64,000 nt of DNA from Candidatus Woesearchaeota archaeon (GTDB lineage: Archaea; Nanobdellota; Nanobdellia; Woesearchaeales; ARS49): contig JAFCDQ010000002.1 in assembly GCA_017609645.1 (NCBI GenBank), positions 65,260-129,259 on the forward strand, in the 5' to 3' direction. The notes below the pieces were generated by a model. The model was not told where the DNA came from. It searched no databases and saw only the letters and a program-made list of their open reading frames with translations. Every line of letters begins with the position of its first letter. Position 1 is the first letter of the stretch. The position numbers were made by a program, and so were the translations under genes. Positions 32,636 to 41,862 of the stretch are shown here, piece after piece.

Positions 32636-34459
32636 TTATTTTCCTTTTAATTGCTTTGCTTTATCAAAACATTTCTTTGCTTCTTCTAATTTGCCTAGTT
32701 TTTTTAAGGCATTTCCTTTGTTATTATAAACTTTAAAGTAGTTTGGGTGTAGTTTTATTGCTTGGTCATATGATTTTATTGCTTCTTCAAACTTACCTAA
32801 AAAATATAAAGCAGTTCCTTTGTTATTATGAGCTAGAAAGTAGTTTGGGTGTAGTTTTATTGCTTTGTCATATGATTTTATTGCTTCTTCTAATTTGCCT
32901 AGTTTTTGTAAGACAAATCCTTTGTTATTATAAGCTTTAAAGTAGTTTGGTTGTAGTTTTATTACTTTGTCATATGATTTTATTGCTTCTTCTAATTTGC
33001 CTAGTTTTTGTAAGACCAATCCTTTATTATAATAAGCATAAAGGAAATTTGGTTTTATTTCTATTACTTTATCATATGATTTTATTGCTTCTTCCAACTT
33101 ACCTAAAAAATTTAAAGCATTTCCTTTGTTATTATGAGCTTGAAAGTAGTTTGGTTTTAGTTTTATTGCTTTGTCATATGATTTTATTGCTTCTTCTGAT
33201 TTGCCTAGTTTTTGTAAGACAAATCCTTTTTTATAATAAACTTGAAAGTCGTTTGGTTTTAGTTCTATTACTTTGTCATATGATTTTATTGCTTCTTCTA
33301 ATTTGCCTAGTTTTTCTAAGGTATTTCCTTTGTTATTATGAACAGAGGCGTTGTTTGGTTTTAGTTTTATTGCTTTGTCATATGATTTTATGGCTTTTTC
33401 AAACTTACCTAATTTGTGTAAGGTATTTCCTTTGTTATTATGAACAGAGGCGTTGTTTGGTTGTATTTCTATTACTTTGTCATATGAGTTTATGGCTTCT
33501 TCTAATTTGCCTAGTTTTTCTAAGGCATATCCTTTGTTATTATGAACAGAGGCGTTGTTTGGTTGTAGTTTTATTGCTTGGTCATATGATTTTATTGCTT
33601 TTTCAAACTTACCTAAAATAATTAAAGCAGTTCCTTTGTTATAATAAGTTTTAAAGTCGTTTGGTTTTAGTTCTATTACTTTGTCAAATGATTTTATTGC
33701 TTCTTCTAATTTGCCTAGTTTTTGTAAGGCATATCCTTTGCCATTATGAGCAACGGCGTAGTCTGGTTTTAGTTTTATTGCTTTGTCATATGCTTTTATT
33801 GCTTCTTCAAACTTACCTAAAGAATATAAGGTAATTCCTGTATTATAAAAATTAAATGCTGTTTTTGTTGATTCTCTTTTCTTTGCTTCTTCTAATTTGC
33901 TTAGTTTTCGTAAGGCATATCCTTTGTTAACACGAGCAGTGGTGAAGTCTGGTTTTAGTCTTATTGCTTTGTCATATGATTTTATTGCTTCTTCAAACTT
34001 ACCTAATCCGTGTAAGGCACATCCTTTGCCATTATGAGCAAAGACGAAGTTTGGTTTTAGTTTTATTGCTTTGTCAAATGCTCTTATTGCTTCTTCAAAC
34101 TTACCTAAACCATTTAAAGCATTTCCTTTGTTATTATAAGCATAAGGATGGTTTAGGTTTAGTCTTATTGCTTTGTCATATGCTTTTATTGCTTCTTCTA
34201 ATTTGCCTAGTTTTTGTAAGTCATTTCCTGTATTATAAAAATTAGATGCTTTTTTTTGGGGTTTTCTTTTTGTTGTTGATTTTCTGTTTTTTGGAGTCAT
34301 TCCCCTATCCCATCTTTTTCTAATTTCTGCCGTCGTGGGATACCCAGACCCACCACCTCTAGAAAAATTTTTACAGCTTATTCCTAAGCCTGTTGTTACA
34401 CTCAGAAAAAAAAGAGTGCCTATTGCAACTAGTTTTTCTAGACTAAGTGGTTTTTTCAT
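32636..34459 (-). CDS. TPR-repeat lipoprotein (about 16 TPR units)
   Basis: Signal peptide with a lipobox (LGISC). 34-aa units AxxxYDKAIxLxPNxxxAxNNKGxALxxLGKxEEAIK recur. The DNA shows high-identity 102-nt tandem periodicity. Confidence 0.8.
   Translation of the reverse strand: MKKPLSLEKLVAIGTLFFLSVTTGLGISCKNFSRGGGSGYPTTAEIRKRWDRGMTPKNRKSTTKRKPQKKASNFYNTGNDLQKLGKLEEAIKAYDKAIRLNLNHPYAYNNKGNALNGLGKFEEAIRAFDKAIKLKPNFVFAHNGKGCALHGLGKFEEAIKSYDKAIRLKPDFTTARVNKGYALRKLSKLEEAKKRESTKTAFNFYNTGITLYSLGKFEEAIKAYDKAIKLKPDYAVAHNGKGYALQKLGKLEEAIKSFDKVIELKPNDFKTYYNKGTALIILGKFEKAIKSYDQAIKLQPNNASVHNNKGYALEKLGKLEEAINSYDKVIEIQPNNASVHNNKGNTLHKLGKFEKAIKSYDKAIKLKPNNASVHNNKGNTLEKLGKLEEAIKSYDKVIELKPNDFQVYYKKGFVLQKLGKSEEAIKSYDKAIKLKPNYFQAHNNKGNALNFLGKLEEAIKSYDKVIEIKPNFLYAYYNKGLVLQKLGKLEEAIKSYDKVIKLQPNYFKAYNNKGFVLQKLGKLEEAIKSYDKAIKLHPNYFLAHNNKGTALYFLGKFEEAIKSYDQAIKLHPNYFKVYNNKGNALKKLGKLEEAKKCFDKAKQLKGK
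32700..34250. repeat. High-identity 102-nt tandem DNA repeats encoding the TPR units
   Basis: Recurring strings such as ttgtcatatgattttattgcttcttctaatttgcctagtttt at 102-nt spacing. Confidence 0.8.
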
Positions 34460-34498
34460 GATTTTCCCCTAAATAAGCTTAAATATCCTTATTTTAGC

Positions 34499-34654
34499 TT
34501 GTATTTAAATAGTTTCCTACACAAAGGTATAGCCATCTCAGATAACCTAATCAAAGAAGTTAAAAGAGTTACCAAAGGCCGTATTAGTGTCTCAGGATTC
34601 ATCAGAATGGCAATAGTAAATGAATTAGAAAAAGTGAAGAGGAAAGAGGTTTGA
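34499..34654 (+). CDS. Possible small ribbon-helix-helix (CopG/Arc-like) protein (TTG start; ATG at 34607 gives only 15 aa)
   Basis: A stop-free frame 34442..34654 encodes ..GIAISDNLIKEVKRVTKGRISVSGFIRMAIVNELEKVKRKEV, a beta-strand/helix/helix pattern typical of RHH. The start codon is uncertain and it is not in the ORF track. Confidence 0.3.
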   Translation: MYLNSFLHKGIAISDNLIKEVKRVTKGRISVSGFIRMAIVNELEKVKRKEV

Positions 34655-34656
34655 GA

Positions 34657-34711
34657 TTACCAGCCATAAACAGAAAAAATCAAACCTAGTTTATAAAAAT
34701 ATTGCTGAATT
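34657..34711. repeat. 55-nt exact direct repeat, copy 2
   Basis: Identical to 32569..32623. Weak similarity (7 of 10 nt) continues for about 10 nt beyond. Confidence 0.85.
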
Positions 34712-35364
34712 TAAGATTGTTTTTTACCTTTGTAAAAATTACTAGCACAATCTATAAGGAATTTAGGCGCTTCCCAAAACACTGCTTTCGCACCCTTGCC
34801 AATCTTCTGACAATAAATTGGCACGTTATATCTTAACATTTTCATTGTATTAAACAAAACACTAGAATCATTGATTCTTGTTTTAACAAAACTAGCTATA
34901 TCTTTTGGCTTAACTAATTTAGAAGGATTACTTGCAATATAAGTTGGAGACTTAACAAATTCTGTAAATCCTGCAGTTCCAGTCCTATATTCTTCTTGAA
35001 ACTCTTTTTCAAAATTTTTATCCCATGTTAAAGTAATAATATTATTATCTCCTTTCTTAAACCAACCACCAATCTGCTTAACAACAGTCAAGTTCTTCAA
35101 AGCACAATAAGTCTGATCCTTACAATCTTCATAAGCTTTAAGATTATTCTTAAGCTGTTCCATCTTTTTCCCAGGATGCTCAACAATTTTCATAATATTA
35201 CTATCCGAATCCCCTCTTACATGCGCTTCAAAAACTTCTGTAACTTTAAGCAAATCTTTTTCTTCTTTTTCAATTAAACTTGTCAAAGAAATATAATCTT
35301 TCTCAAGATCTCTAAGATAATGTTTTGACTTAGGATTTTTCAAATATGTATCATAACCAATCAT
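34711..35364 (-). CDS. Hypothetical cytoplasmic protein
   Basis: 217 aa with no recognisable motifs. Confidence 0.45.
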   Translation of the reverse strand: MIGYDTYLKNPKSKHYLRDLEKDYISLTSLIEKEEKDLLKVTEVFEAHVRGDSDSNIMKIVEHPGKKMEQLKNNLKAYEDCKDQTYCALKNLTVVKQIGGWFKKGDNNIITLTWDKNFEKEFQEEYRTGTAGFTEFVKSPTYIASNPSKLVKPKDIASFVKTRINDSSVLFNTMKMLRYNVPIYCQKIGKGAKAVFWEAPKFLIDCASNFYKGKKQS

Positions 35365-35398
35365 TTTTCACCCACTAAATCAGAAATCAGTATTTGAT

Positions 35399-36274
35399 TT
35401 ATAAAGTTTTCCTTACTGAGAAGTTAAACTTTTCAAGTTCATTCACAAGCTCATCTAATAAGAATTCAGGGCAGCTGGCTCCTGAAGAAATGCCTATTGT
35501 TTGAACATCATTAAGCCATTCTTCTTTAAGCTCTGATTTGTCAAGAATCAGATAAGCAGGAACACCTTGTTTTTTAGCAGTTTCCATCAACTTATTAGAA
35601 TTAGAACTATTCTTAGCACCAAGAACAAGAACTAAATCACATTTTTTAGCTAAATCCTTAACAGCATTTTGACGATTAGTCGTAGCATGACAAATACCCC
35701 CTTCAAACTTTAACTCAGGAAACTTTTCCTTTAATTTAGCAGGGATTTCCTCAGCATCATCAACAGACAAAGTAGTTTGTGTCAAGCAAACAAGCTTGCC
35801 ATTATCAATATTTAACTTATCAACATCCTCTGCTGAGTTAATAACAAACATATCAGCCTCACCAAGAACACCCTCCACCTCTGCATGACCTTTCTTACCT
35901 ATATATATAATAGTATAACCCTGAGAAGAATAATTTCTAACTTTATCATGAACTAACTGCACTAAAGAACAAGTAGCATCAATAACTTTCAAATTCTTTT
36001 CCTCTGCTTTTTTTCTAAATGCAGGAGAGACTCCATGAGCACTAAACACTAACGCAGAATCATCAGGAACCTCATCTAAACTATCAACAAAAACAACACC
36101 TTTATCCTTAAAAGAATTAATAACAAAAGGATTATGAACAAGTTCGTGAAGAACATATACTTTATCAAACTCATTCACAGCCATATTCAAGATAGTTATG
36201 GCGCTTTTTACACCCTCACAAAAACCATGAGATTGAGCAACAATAATTTCCCCCATATTAGAGAAAAACAACAA
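35399..36274 (-). CDS. ispH: 4-hydroxy-3-methylbut-2-enyl diphosphate reductase (IspH/LytB)
   Basis: GFCEGV, HELVHN, SAHGVS, DATCSLV, TQTTLSVDD, CHATTNRQ, KNSSNSN and GASCP motifs are present in canonical order. The likely start is the second Met (36256). Confidence 0.88.
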   Translation of the reverse strand: MLFFSNMGEIIVAQSHGFCEGVKSAITILNMAVNEFDKVYVLHELVHNPFVINSFKDKGVVFVDSLDEVPDDSALVFSAHGVSPAFRKKAEEKNLKVIDATCSLVQLVHDKVRNYSSQGYTIIYIGKKGHAEVEGVLGEADMFVINSAEDVDKLNIDNGKLVCLTQTTLSVDDAEEIPAKLKEKFPELKFEGGICHATTNRQNAVKDLAKKCDLVLVLGAKNSSNSNKLMETAKKQGVPAYLILDKSELKEEWLNDVQTIGISSGASCPEFLLDELVNELEKFNFSVRKTL

Positions 36275-36312
36275 TAAGCTTTTTAAAAGTCTTCCCTTTT
36301 TTTCAGAGAATC

Positions 36313-39300
36313 ATGCAATATTTTCCTAAGACAATAGAACCAAGCATACTGGCTTTTTGGAAAGACAACAAAACATATGAAAAAGCCAAAGAGAAATGCG
36401 AAAAAGGAAAGAAATTCTACTACTTAGACGGCCCTCCATACACATCAGGAAAAGTCCACCTAGGAACTGCCTGGGGAAAAGCACTAAGAGACAGCTTAAT
36501 GCGATACAAAAGAATGGCAGGCATGAATGTATGGGACAGAGCAGGATTTGACACACACGGACTGCCAACAGCACACGCAGTAGAAAAAAAATTCGGCATA
36601 AAACATAAAGATGAAATCCCGCAATTTGGCATAGCAAAGTTCATTTCTGAATGCAAGAAATTATGCAAAGAAAACAAAGACATAATGGTAGAAGATTTTA
36701 AAAAAATGGGAATATGGATGGGCTTTGACAAACCATACATGACGTTAGATAATTCTTACATAGAAAGTGAATGGTGGCTGATAAAAAAAGCACATGAAAA
36801 CAAAAGATTATATGAAGGGGAAAAAACAATGCACTGGTGTGCTGATTGCGGAACAGCACTAGCAAAACACGAACTAGAATACAAAAACGTAAAAGATGAC
36901 TCCATATTCTTAAAATTCAAAATAAAAGGAAAAGAAAATGAATACTTAATAATCTGGACAACAACACCATGGACAATTCCTTTTAATCTAGCAGTAATGG
37001 TCAACCCAGAAGAAGAATATGTCAAAGCCAAAGTAGATCAGGAAGTCTGGATATTAGCAGGAAAACTAGCAGGGTTATTCATACAAGGAGTAGCTGACAA
37101 AAAATACAAAGTCATAGAAACCTTCAAAGGAGATAAACTAGAAGGCGTTGAATATGAACATCCCTTATATGAAGAACTAAAAGAAATATATGACAAAATA
37201 AAGAAAAAATCACCAAAATCATGCACAGTAGTTTTAAGCACAGAATATGTAGATGTAAATTCTGGGTCAGGCCTTGTTCATTGCGCACCAGGATGCGGAC
37301 CAGAAGACTATGAAGTAGGACATGACAATAAAATAGCGCCATTTAATAATCTAAAAGAAGATGGAAGCTTTCCAAAAGAAATGGGAATGTTTGCGGGCTT
37401 AGTTGCAAAAAAAGATGACAAAAAATTCATAGAACACTTTGAAAAAAAAGGAATCCTAATCGCATCAAATCCTGTAGAACATGAATATGCGCATTGCTGG
37501 AGATGCAAAAGCCCTGTAATTTTCAGAACAACAAAACAATGGTTCTTCAAAGTAGAAGACTTAAAAGAAGAAATGCGCGAGCTGAATAAAAAAATATTCT
37601 GGCAGCCTGACTGGGCAGGAAACAAACAATTTGATTCTTGGCTTGAAAATTTAAGAGATAATGGAATTACAAGACAAAGATACTGGGGATGTCCTGCACC
37701 AATATGGAGATGCAGTAAATGCAAAAAATATGAAGTCATAGGATCTGTAAAAGAACTAGAAGAAAAAAGCAAACAAAAAGCACCTAAAGATCTACACATT
37801 CCTGAAATAGACCAAGTTGAAATCAAATGTTCTTGCGGAGAAACAATGAAAAGAATACCTGACATACTAGATGTCTGGGTAGATGCAGGAGTATCATCCT
37901 GGGCATGTCTTGATTATCCAGCAAGAGAAGATTGGTTTAAAGAATGGTGGCCAGCAGACTTTATACTAGAAGGAAAAGACCAAATCCGAGGCTGGTTTAA
38001 CTTATTATTTGTAGCATCAATGGTAAGCATGAAAAAACCAAGCTACAAAGCAGTATATATGCACGGTTTTATCAATGATTCACAAGGAAGAAAAATGTCA
38101 AAATCTGTTGGAAACTATATACTTCCAGCAGAAGTAATAGACAATTACGGCTCTGATACTCTGCGTTATTATACTATTGGAGCAGCAGATCCAGGACTAG
38201 ACTTAAACTACAACCACGCAGACTGCAAACTAAAAATGAAAAATTTAGTTGTATTCTGGAATCTTCATAATTTCATCTTAGATTTGGCAAAAGAATTAGG
38301 CGTTAATCCTTTGGAGCTAGATGCAGAATTAATGGAAAACAAATTCGGAGTAGAAGAAAAATTCATATTCTCAAAATTAAATTCAACAATACAAAAACAA
38401 ACAGAACTATATGAACAATATCAACTAAATGAAACACCAAAAAATGCAGAAGATTTGTTTTTGAGCTTAAGCAGAAATTATATACAAATGGTAAGAGAAA
38501 AATCTGCCGGCGGAGCAGAAGATGAGAAAAAAATAGTGCTTTACTCTGTTGTTAAAACTTACTTAGCAAGCTTAAAACTAATGGCGCCAATCGCTCCATT
38601 TATCACAGAACAAATCTGGCTAAACTTAAAAGATGCATTTGGAATGAAAGAAGAATCAATTCATCTTTGCGACTGGCCAAAAGCTGACACTAAAAAAATA
38701 AACAAAGAACTAGAAGAACAGTTTGCAATTGTAAGCAGCACAATACAATCAGCATTAGCTGCAAGAGAAAAAGCAAAAATCAGTTTAAGATGGCCAATAC
38801 AAAAAATAAAAGTATTAACAAGAAATGACGAAGTGTTTAATGCTGTAGAAGAACTAGATGCAATAATCAAAAGACTAGTCAATGTAAAAGAAGTTCATGT
38901 AAACAAGGACTTGCCGGAAATTTCTGAAAACGTCAAACCACACAAATCAAACATAGGAAAAGAATACGGCAAATTCAAAGACCAAATACTTGCTGAACTA
39001 GAAAAAATAAATGACAAAGAAATTTTAACAAAAGTAGCGCAAAAAGGAAGATTGACAATGAGTGTGGATGAGAATAAAATAGAATTAAACAGAACTCATT
39101 TCATAGTTGAACAAGAAGTTCCTAAAAACTTAGTTGGAATTGATTTCAAAAGAGGAACAGTATTTGTTGACACTGAATTAAATTATGAATTACTAGCAGA
39201 AGGTTATTCAAGAGAGATAACAAGAAGAGTCCAGGCACTGCGTAAAAAAGCAGGACTTGAAAAGCAGGACAGAATTAAATTATTCATCAGAGTTGATGAA

Positions 39301-39453
39301 GAATTAAAAAGCATGCTGGTCTATTGGACTGAAAAAATAAAAGAAAAAGTAGGCGCAAGCAGCATAAAAATAGATGTTGAAGATCCTTCTAAAGAATACG
39401 ATAATACATCAGAAGAAAGAATAAAAGAGAAGGTTGTTAATATTTATTTCTGA
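36313..39453 (+). CDS. ileS: Isoleucyl-tRNA synthetase
   Basis: PPYTSGKVHLGTAWGK (HIGH-type) and KMSKS, with editing and Zn-binding cysteines. The 1046-aa length is typical of archaeal IleRS. Confidence 0.92.
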   Translation: MQYFPKTIEPSILAFWKDNKTYEKAKEKCEKGKKFYYLDGPPYTSGKVHLGTAWGKALRDSLMRYKRMAGMNVWDRAGFDTHGLPTAHAVEKKFGIKHKDEIPQFGIAKFISECKKLCKENKDIMVEDFKKMGIWMGFDKPYMTLDNSYIESEWWLIKKAHENKRLYEGEKTMHWCADCGTALAKHELEYKNVKDDSIFLKFKIKGKENEYLIIWTTTPWTIPFNLAVMVNPEEEYVKAKVDQEVWILAGKLAGLFIQGVADKKYKVIETFKGDKLEGVEYEHPLYEELKEIYDKIKKKSPKSCTVVLSTEYVDVNSGSGLVHCAPGCGPEDYEVGHDNKIAPFNNLKEDGSFPKEMGMFAGLVAKKDDKKFIEHFEKKGILIASNPVEHEYAHCWRCKSPVIFRTTKQWFFKVEDLKEEMRELNKKIFWQPDWAGNKQFDSWLENLRDNGITRQRYWGCPAPIWRCSKCKKYEVIGSVKELEEKSKQKAPKDLHIPEIDQVEIKCSCGETMKRIPDILDVWVDAGVSSWACLDYPAREDWFKEWWPADFILEGKDQIRGWFNLLFVASMVSMKKPSYKAVYMHGFINDSQGRKMSKSVGNYILPAEVIDNYGSDTLRYYTIGAADPGLDLNYNHADCKLKMKNLVVFWNLHNFILDLAKELGVNPLELDAELMENKFGVEEKFIFSKLNSTIQKQTELYEQYQLNETPKNAEDLFLSLSRNYIQMVREKSAGGAEDEKKIVLYSVVKTYLASLKLMAPIAPFITEQIWLNLKDAFGMKEESIHLCDWPKADTKKINKELEEQFAIVSSTIQSALAAREKAKISLRWPIQKIKVLTRNDEVFNAVEELDAIIKRLVNVKEVHVNKDLPEISENVKPHKSNIGKEYGKFKDQILAELEKINDKEILTKVAQKGRLTMSVDENKIELNRTHFIVEQEVPKNLVGIDFKRGTVFVDTELNYELLAEGYSREITRRVQALRKKAGLEKQDRIKLFIRVDEELKSMLVYWTEKIKEKVGASSIKIDVEDPSKEYDNTSEERIKEKVVNIYF

Positions 39454-40217
39454 ACTTCAGGCTTCATAAATTTAGTATAATGCAAACTAAGTTCTTCATT
39501 CACAGCGAAAACAAGCCCGTTATCTTCAGTCTTAAGAGCATAACAATTAAAATTGAAATATCCATTAGCAAGATCAATTATACCTGTTTCAGGATCAAAT
39601 ACATCTTTTTTTGGATCAAATACAACTTTATTTATAATAAAATAAAATTCTTTAGCATAATTTACATCGCTAAGAGCCAACATCTTAGACGCTAATTCAA
39701 TTCCATTAGAAAAATCTGCATCTGCTTGCTGAATTTCATTTAAATAAGAAGAATCTTTCATCAACCCCACATCAGAAACACGCACACTATTTTTTTCAAT
39801 TTTTCCAGTTGTCTTTGTTACATCTATCTTTTGTTTAAGCTTATGCAACTCCTGATACTGTTTTAGTACCATAGAACTTATTTGCAAATTTAAACAAAGC
39901 TTAAGATAATTTGGCAATTCTTTTGAGATTCTTTCAAAGTCCAAACCGTCAACTTGTTTATAATATTTCAAATAATCAGCATAGTTATCTGCTTCTGCTT
40001 TAATTGAAAAATCAGAAAAAGTAAACATAGAAGAATCATATTCACCATCATTAATTATTTGCTTTAGAGCTTCAAATTTAGCTTTAGCAAGACCTTCGGG
40101 TTTTGCAGAAAAAACAATAGGCTCATCACTGATTTTATGATGCATCGATCTTAAAGCTAAATGCATCATAACAACATCTTCTAAGTTTAAAGGAATGTAA
40201 TCAGTCATATTAAACAT
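39444..40217 (-). CDS. Hypothetical protein
   Basis: 257 aa, soluble. Overlaps the ileS 3' end by 10 nt. Confidence 0.45.
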   Translation of the reverse strand: MFNMTDYIPLNLEDVVMMHLALRSMHHKISDEPIVFSAKPEGLAKAKFEALKQIINDGEYDSSMFTFSDFSIKAEADNYADYLKYYKQVDGLDFERISKELPNYLKLCLNLQISSMVLKQYQELHKLKQKIDVTKTTGKIEKNSVRVSDVGLMKDSSYLNEIQQADADFSNGIELASKMLALSDVNYAKEFYFIINKVVFDPKKDVFDPETGIIDLANGYFNFNCYALKTEDNGLVFAVNEELSLHYTKFMKPEVQK

Positions 40218-40340
40218 AAAATAAGAATTCTTTATAAATTTTGCTGTCCGTCACCACTTGAAAGTGGCTGATTATTTTTTATTAAAAATCAATCAAAATT
40301 TAAATAAAAGCAAAACATTATTTATTAAAAAGGTGATAAA

Positions 40341-40865
40341 ATGAGGAAAATAACTATATTGATACTGTTTTTATTAGTAGTTGCTTGTGCGTCTGTGCAA
40401 AAAGAAGGCAAAGCAAAAGAAATGCCTGCACAAATACAAACAGAAGAAGTTATTGAAGAACCAATCACTTGCTGCTGTGAAATACAAGACACATACATGT
40501 TCTTAAGAAAAACAGAATGTCAAAACTGTGTAGAAGACAATAAATGTTTACAAACACCAGAAAAAACACAAGCTGAAAAGGAAAAAGAAATAGTAGACAT
40601 AGCAATGGGAAAAACAGGATATCCTGCAAGTGACTTAACCGCAAGAGTCTGCTGTGTAGTTCCGATGCCCAGAGCAAGAATGCCATATGAAAAAGCATTT
40701 GACACAACAAAACAAAGATGCATGGAATTAAAAGGAACAGGACAGATATGGGAAAAATGCTATGAAGAAGTATGCTGTGACAGAATAGGCAGATTAGTAA
40801 AAAGAAAATTCATGGAATGCAAAAATGAAGGCGGCACAATAGTAGAAAAAGAAAAATGCTTATGA
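40341..40865 (+). CDS. Cys-rich lipoprotein (about 16 Cys)
   Basis: Signal peptide with a lipobox (VVACAS). CCC and CxxC pairs. aaaggtgataaaATG lies upstream. Confidence 0.5.
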   Translation: MRKITILILFLLVVACASVQKEGKAKEMPAQIQTEEVIEEPITCCCEIQDTYMFLRKTECQNCVEDNKCLQTPEKTQAEKEKEIVDIAMGKTGYPASDLTARVCCVVPMPRARMPYEKAFDTTKQRCMELKGTGQIWEKCYEEVCCDRIGRLVKRKFMECKNEGGTIVEKEKCL

Positions 40866-41072
40866 TTTCTTTTTTTTATTTTTAATAAAAACAGTTACTG
40901 AAATCAACAAGAAAGCCAAAACAATAGCACCAAGAATCTTAGCAAAAGACATATTAGCTCCTTCTCCCTTAACAAAACCAGAAAGATTAAACTTAGAAGA
41001 TTCTTCCTGAACATCATCAGCAAAAGCAAAAACTGACAACAAAACCAACAAAATAATAAAAGCTGTTTTCAT
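40860..41072 (-). CDS. Small secreted/bitopic protein
   Basis: 70 aa with a signal peptide and a C-terminal TM helix plus KKKKS. Confidence 0.3.
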   Translation of the reverse strand: MKTAFIILLVLLSVFAFADDVQEESSKFNLSGFVKGEGANMSFAKILGAIVLAFLLISVTVFIKNKKKKS

Positions 41073-41158
41073 GAAAAATATGAATATTAAAGAACTTTTA
41101 AACCTTTCTAAAACGCTAGATTTTTAAATACTGGCGTATATAATAGATTAAAAGAGAG

Positions 41159-41482
41159 GTGTTATCAATGCAAGACAAAAAGGTGATGCTACTGGGCATT
41201 TGGTCTATAATAGCCATTCTAGCAATAATAATCTTTGTAATAATGGTATTAAACTGGACAACGCCTATTCAAGGAGCATACACAAAATCAGCAGGATATC
41301 TACAATTTGATCCAGATGAATTATGCAATCTAGCAGGAGGCACAGTAGCCCAAGTAAGAAATATACCACCAAGTCAAGGACCAGTAGTTGACTGCGACCT
41401 CAATGGAATCATAAAAACATATCCTTTATTTCAGAAAAATCTAGGAGTATTCCCAACTGCAGGAAATTTACGAACAATTTAG
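41159..41482 (+). CDS. Small N-terminally anchored protein, paralog A (pilin-like?)
   Basis: MQDKKVMLLGIWSIIAILAIIIFVIMV followed by a roughly 70-aa Cys-containing globular part. gagaggtg lies upstream. Confidence 0.45.
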   Translation: MLSMQDKKVMLLGIWSIIAILAIIIFVIMVLNWTTPIQGAYTKSAGYLQFDPDELCNLAGGTVAQVRNIPPSQGPVVDCDLNGIIKTYPLFQKNLGVFPTAGNLRTI

Positions 41483-41494
41483 AGGTGATAATAA

Positions 41495-41806
41495 ATGAAA
41501 GACAGAAAAATGATGCTATTAGGTATATGGGCAGTAATAGCAATAATAGTAATAATATTATTTGTAATTCTCATAGTACAACAAAACACAATAGAAGGAG
41601 CCTTCACACAATCAAGAAGCGGATATCGCAATTATGACCCAAAAGAACTCTGCGCAGCAAATGATTGTCTTTATGCAGGACACATAAGCAACCTGCCTGC
41701 TTCAATGGGACCTGCAAGAGTTGACTGTTATTGCGAAGGAGAATTAACAACATTCCAACTGCCAAGATCTACAGCAGATCATGCATACTTTGCTTATAAT
41801 TATTAA
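41495..41806 (+). CDS. Small N-terminally anchored protein, paralog B
   Basis: MKDRKMMLLGIWAVIAIIVIILFVILIV, with the same architecture and a similar N-terminal region as 41159..41482. agaggtgata lies upstream. Confidence 0.45.
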   Translation: MKDRKMMLLGIWAVIAIIVIILFVILIVQQNTIEGAFTQSRSGYRNYDPKELCAANDCLYAGHISNLPASMGPARVDCYCEGELTTFQLPRSTADHAYFAYNY

Positions 41807-41820
41807 TTTTTTTTCTTAAG
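41783..41820. repeat. About 35-nt direct repeat, copy A (3' end and stop of 41495..41806, plus a T-tract)
   Basis: gcatactttgcttataattattaatttttttt matches 42781..42820 with 1 mismatch and 1 indel. Confidence 0.7.
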
Positions 41821-41862
41821 AAATTAGTAACATTAATAAAAAAGCGAGGATTTCATATATAA

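Noticed and set aside
32743-34245. Plus-strand ORFs with LLLCHMILLLL repeats, and CRISPR-like periodicity
   Set aside because: They are antisense to the TPR gene. The periodicity is the 102-nt TPR coding repeat (no spacer/repeat alternation, no cas genes). Not a CRISPR array.
32569-34711. Interpreting the exact 55-mer purely as biology
   Set aside because: This is not fully rejected. The exact length of 55, a common assembler k-mer, keeps an assembly-join artefact as a live alternative. It is flagged in the finding instead.
36326-37865. Minus-strand ORFs overlapping ileS
   Set aside because: They lie fully inside the strongly supported ileS frame and have no start context or motifs.
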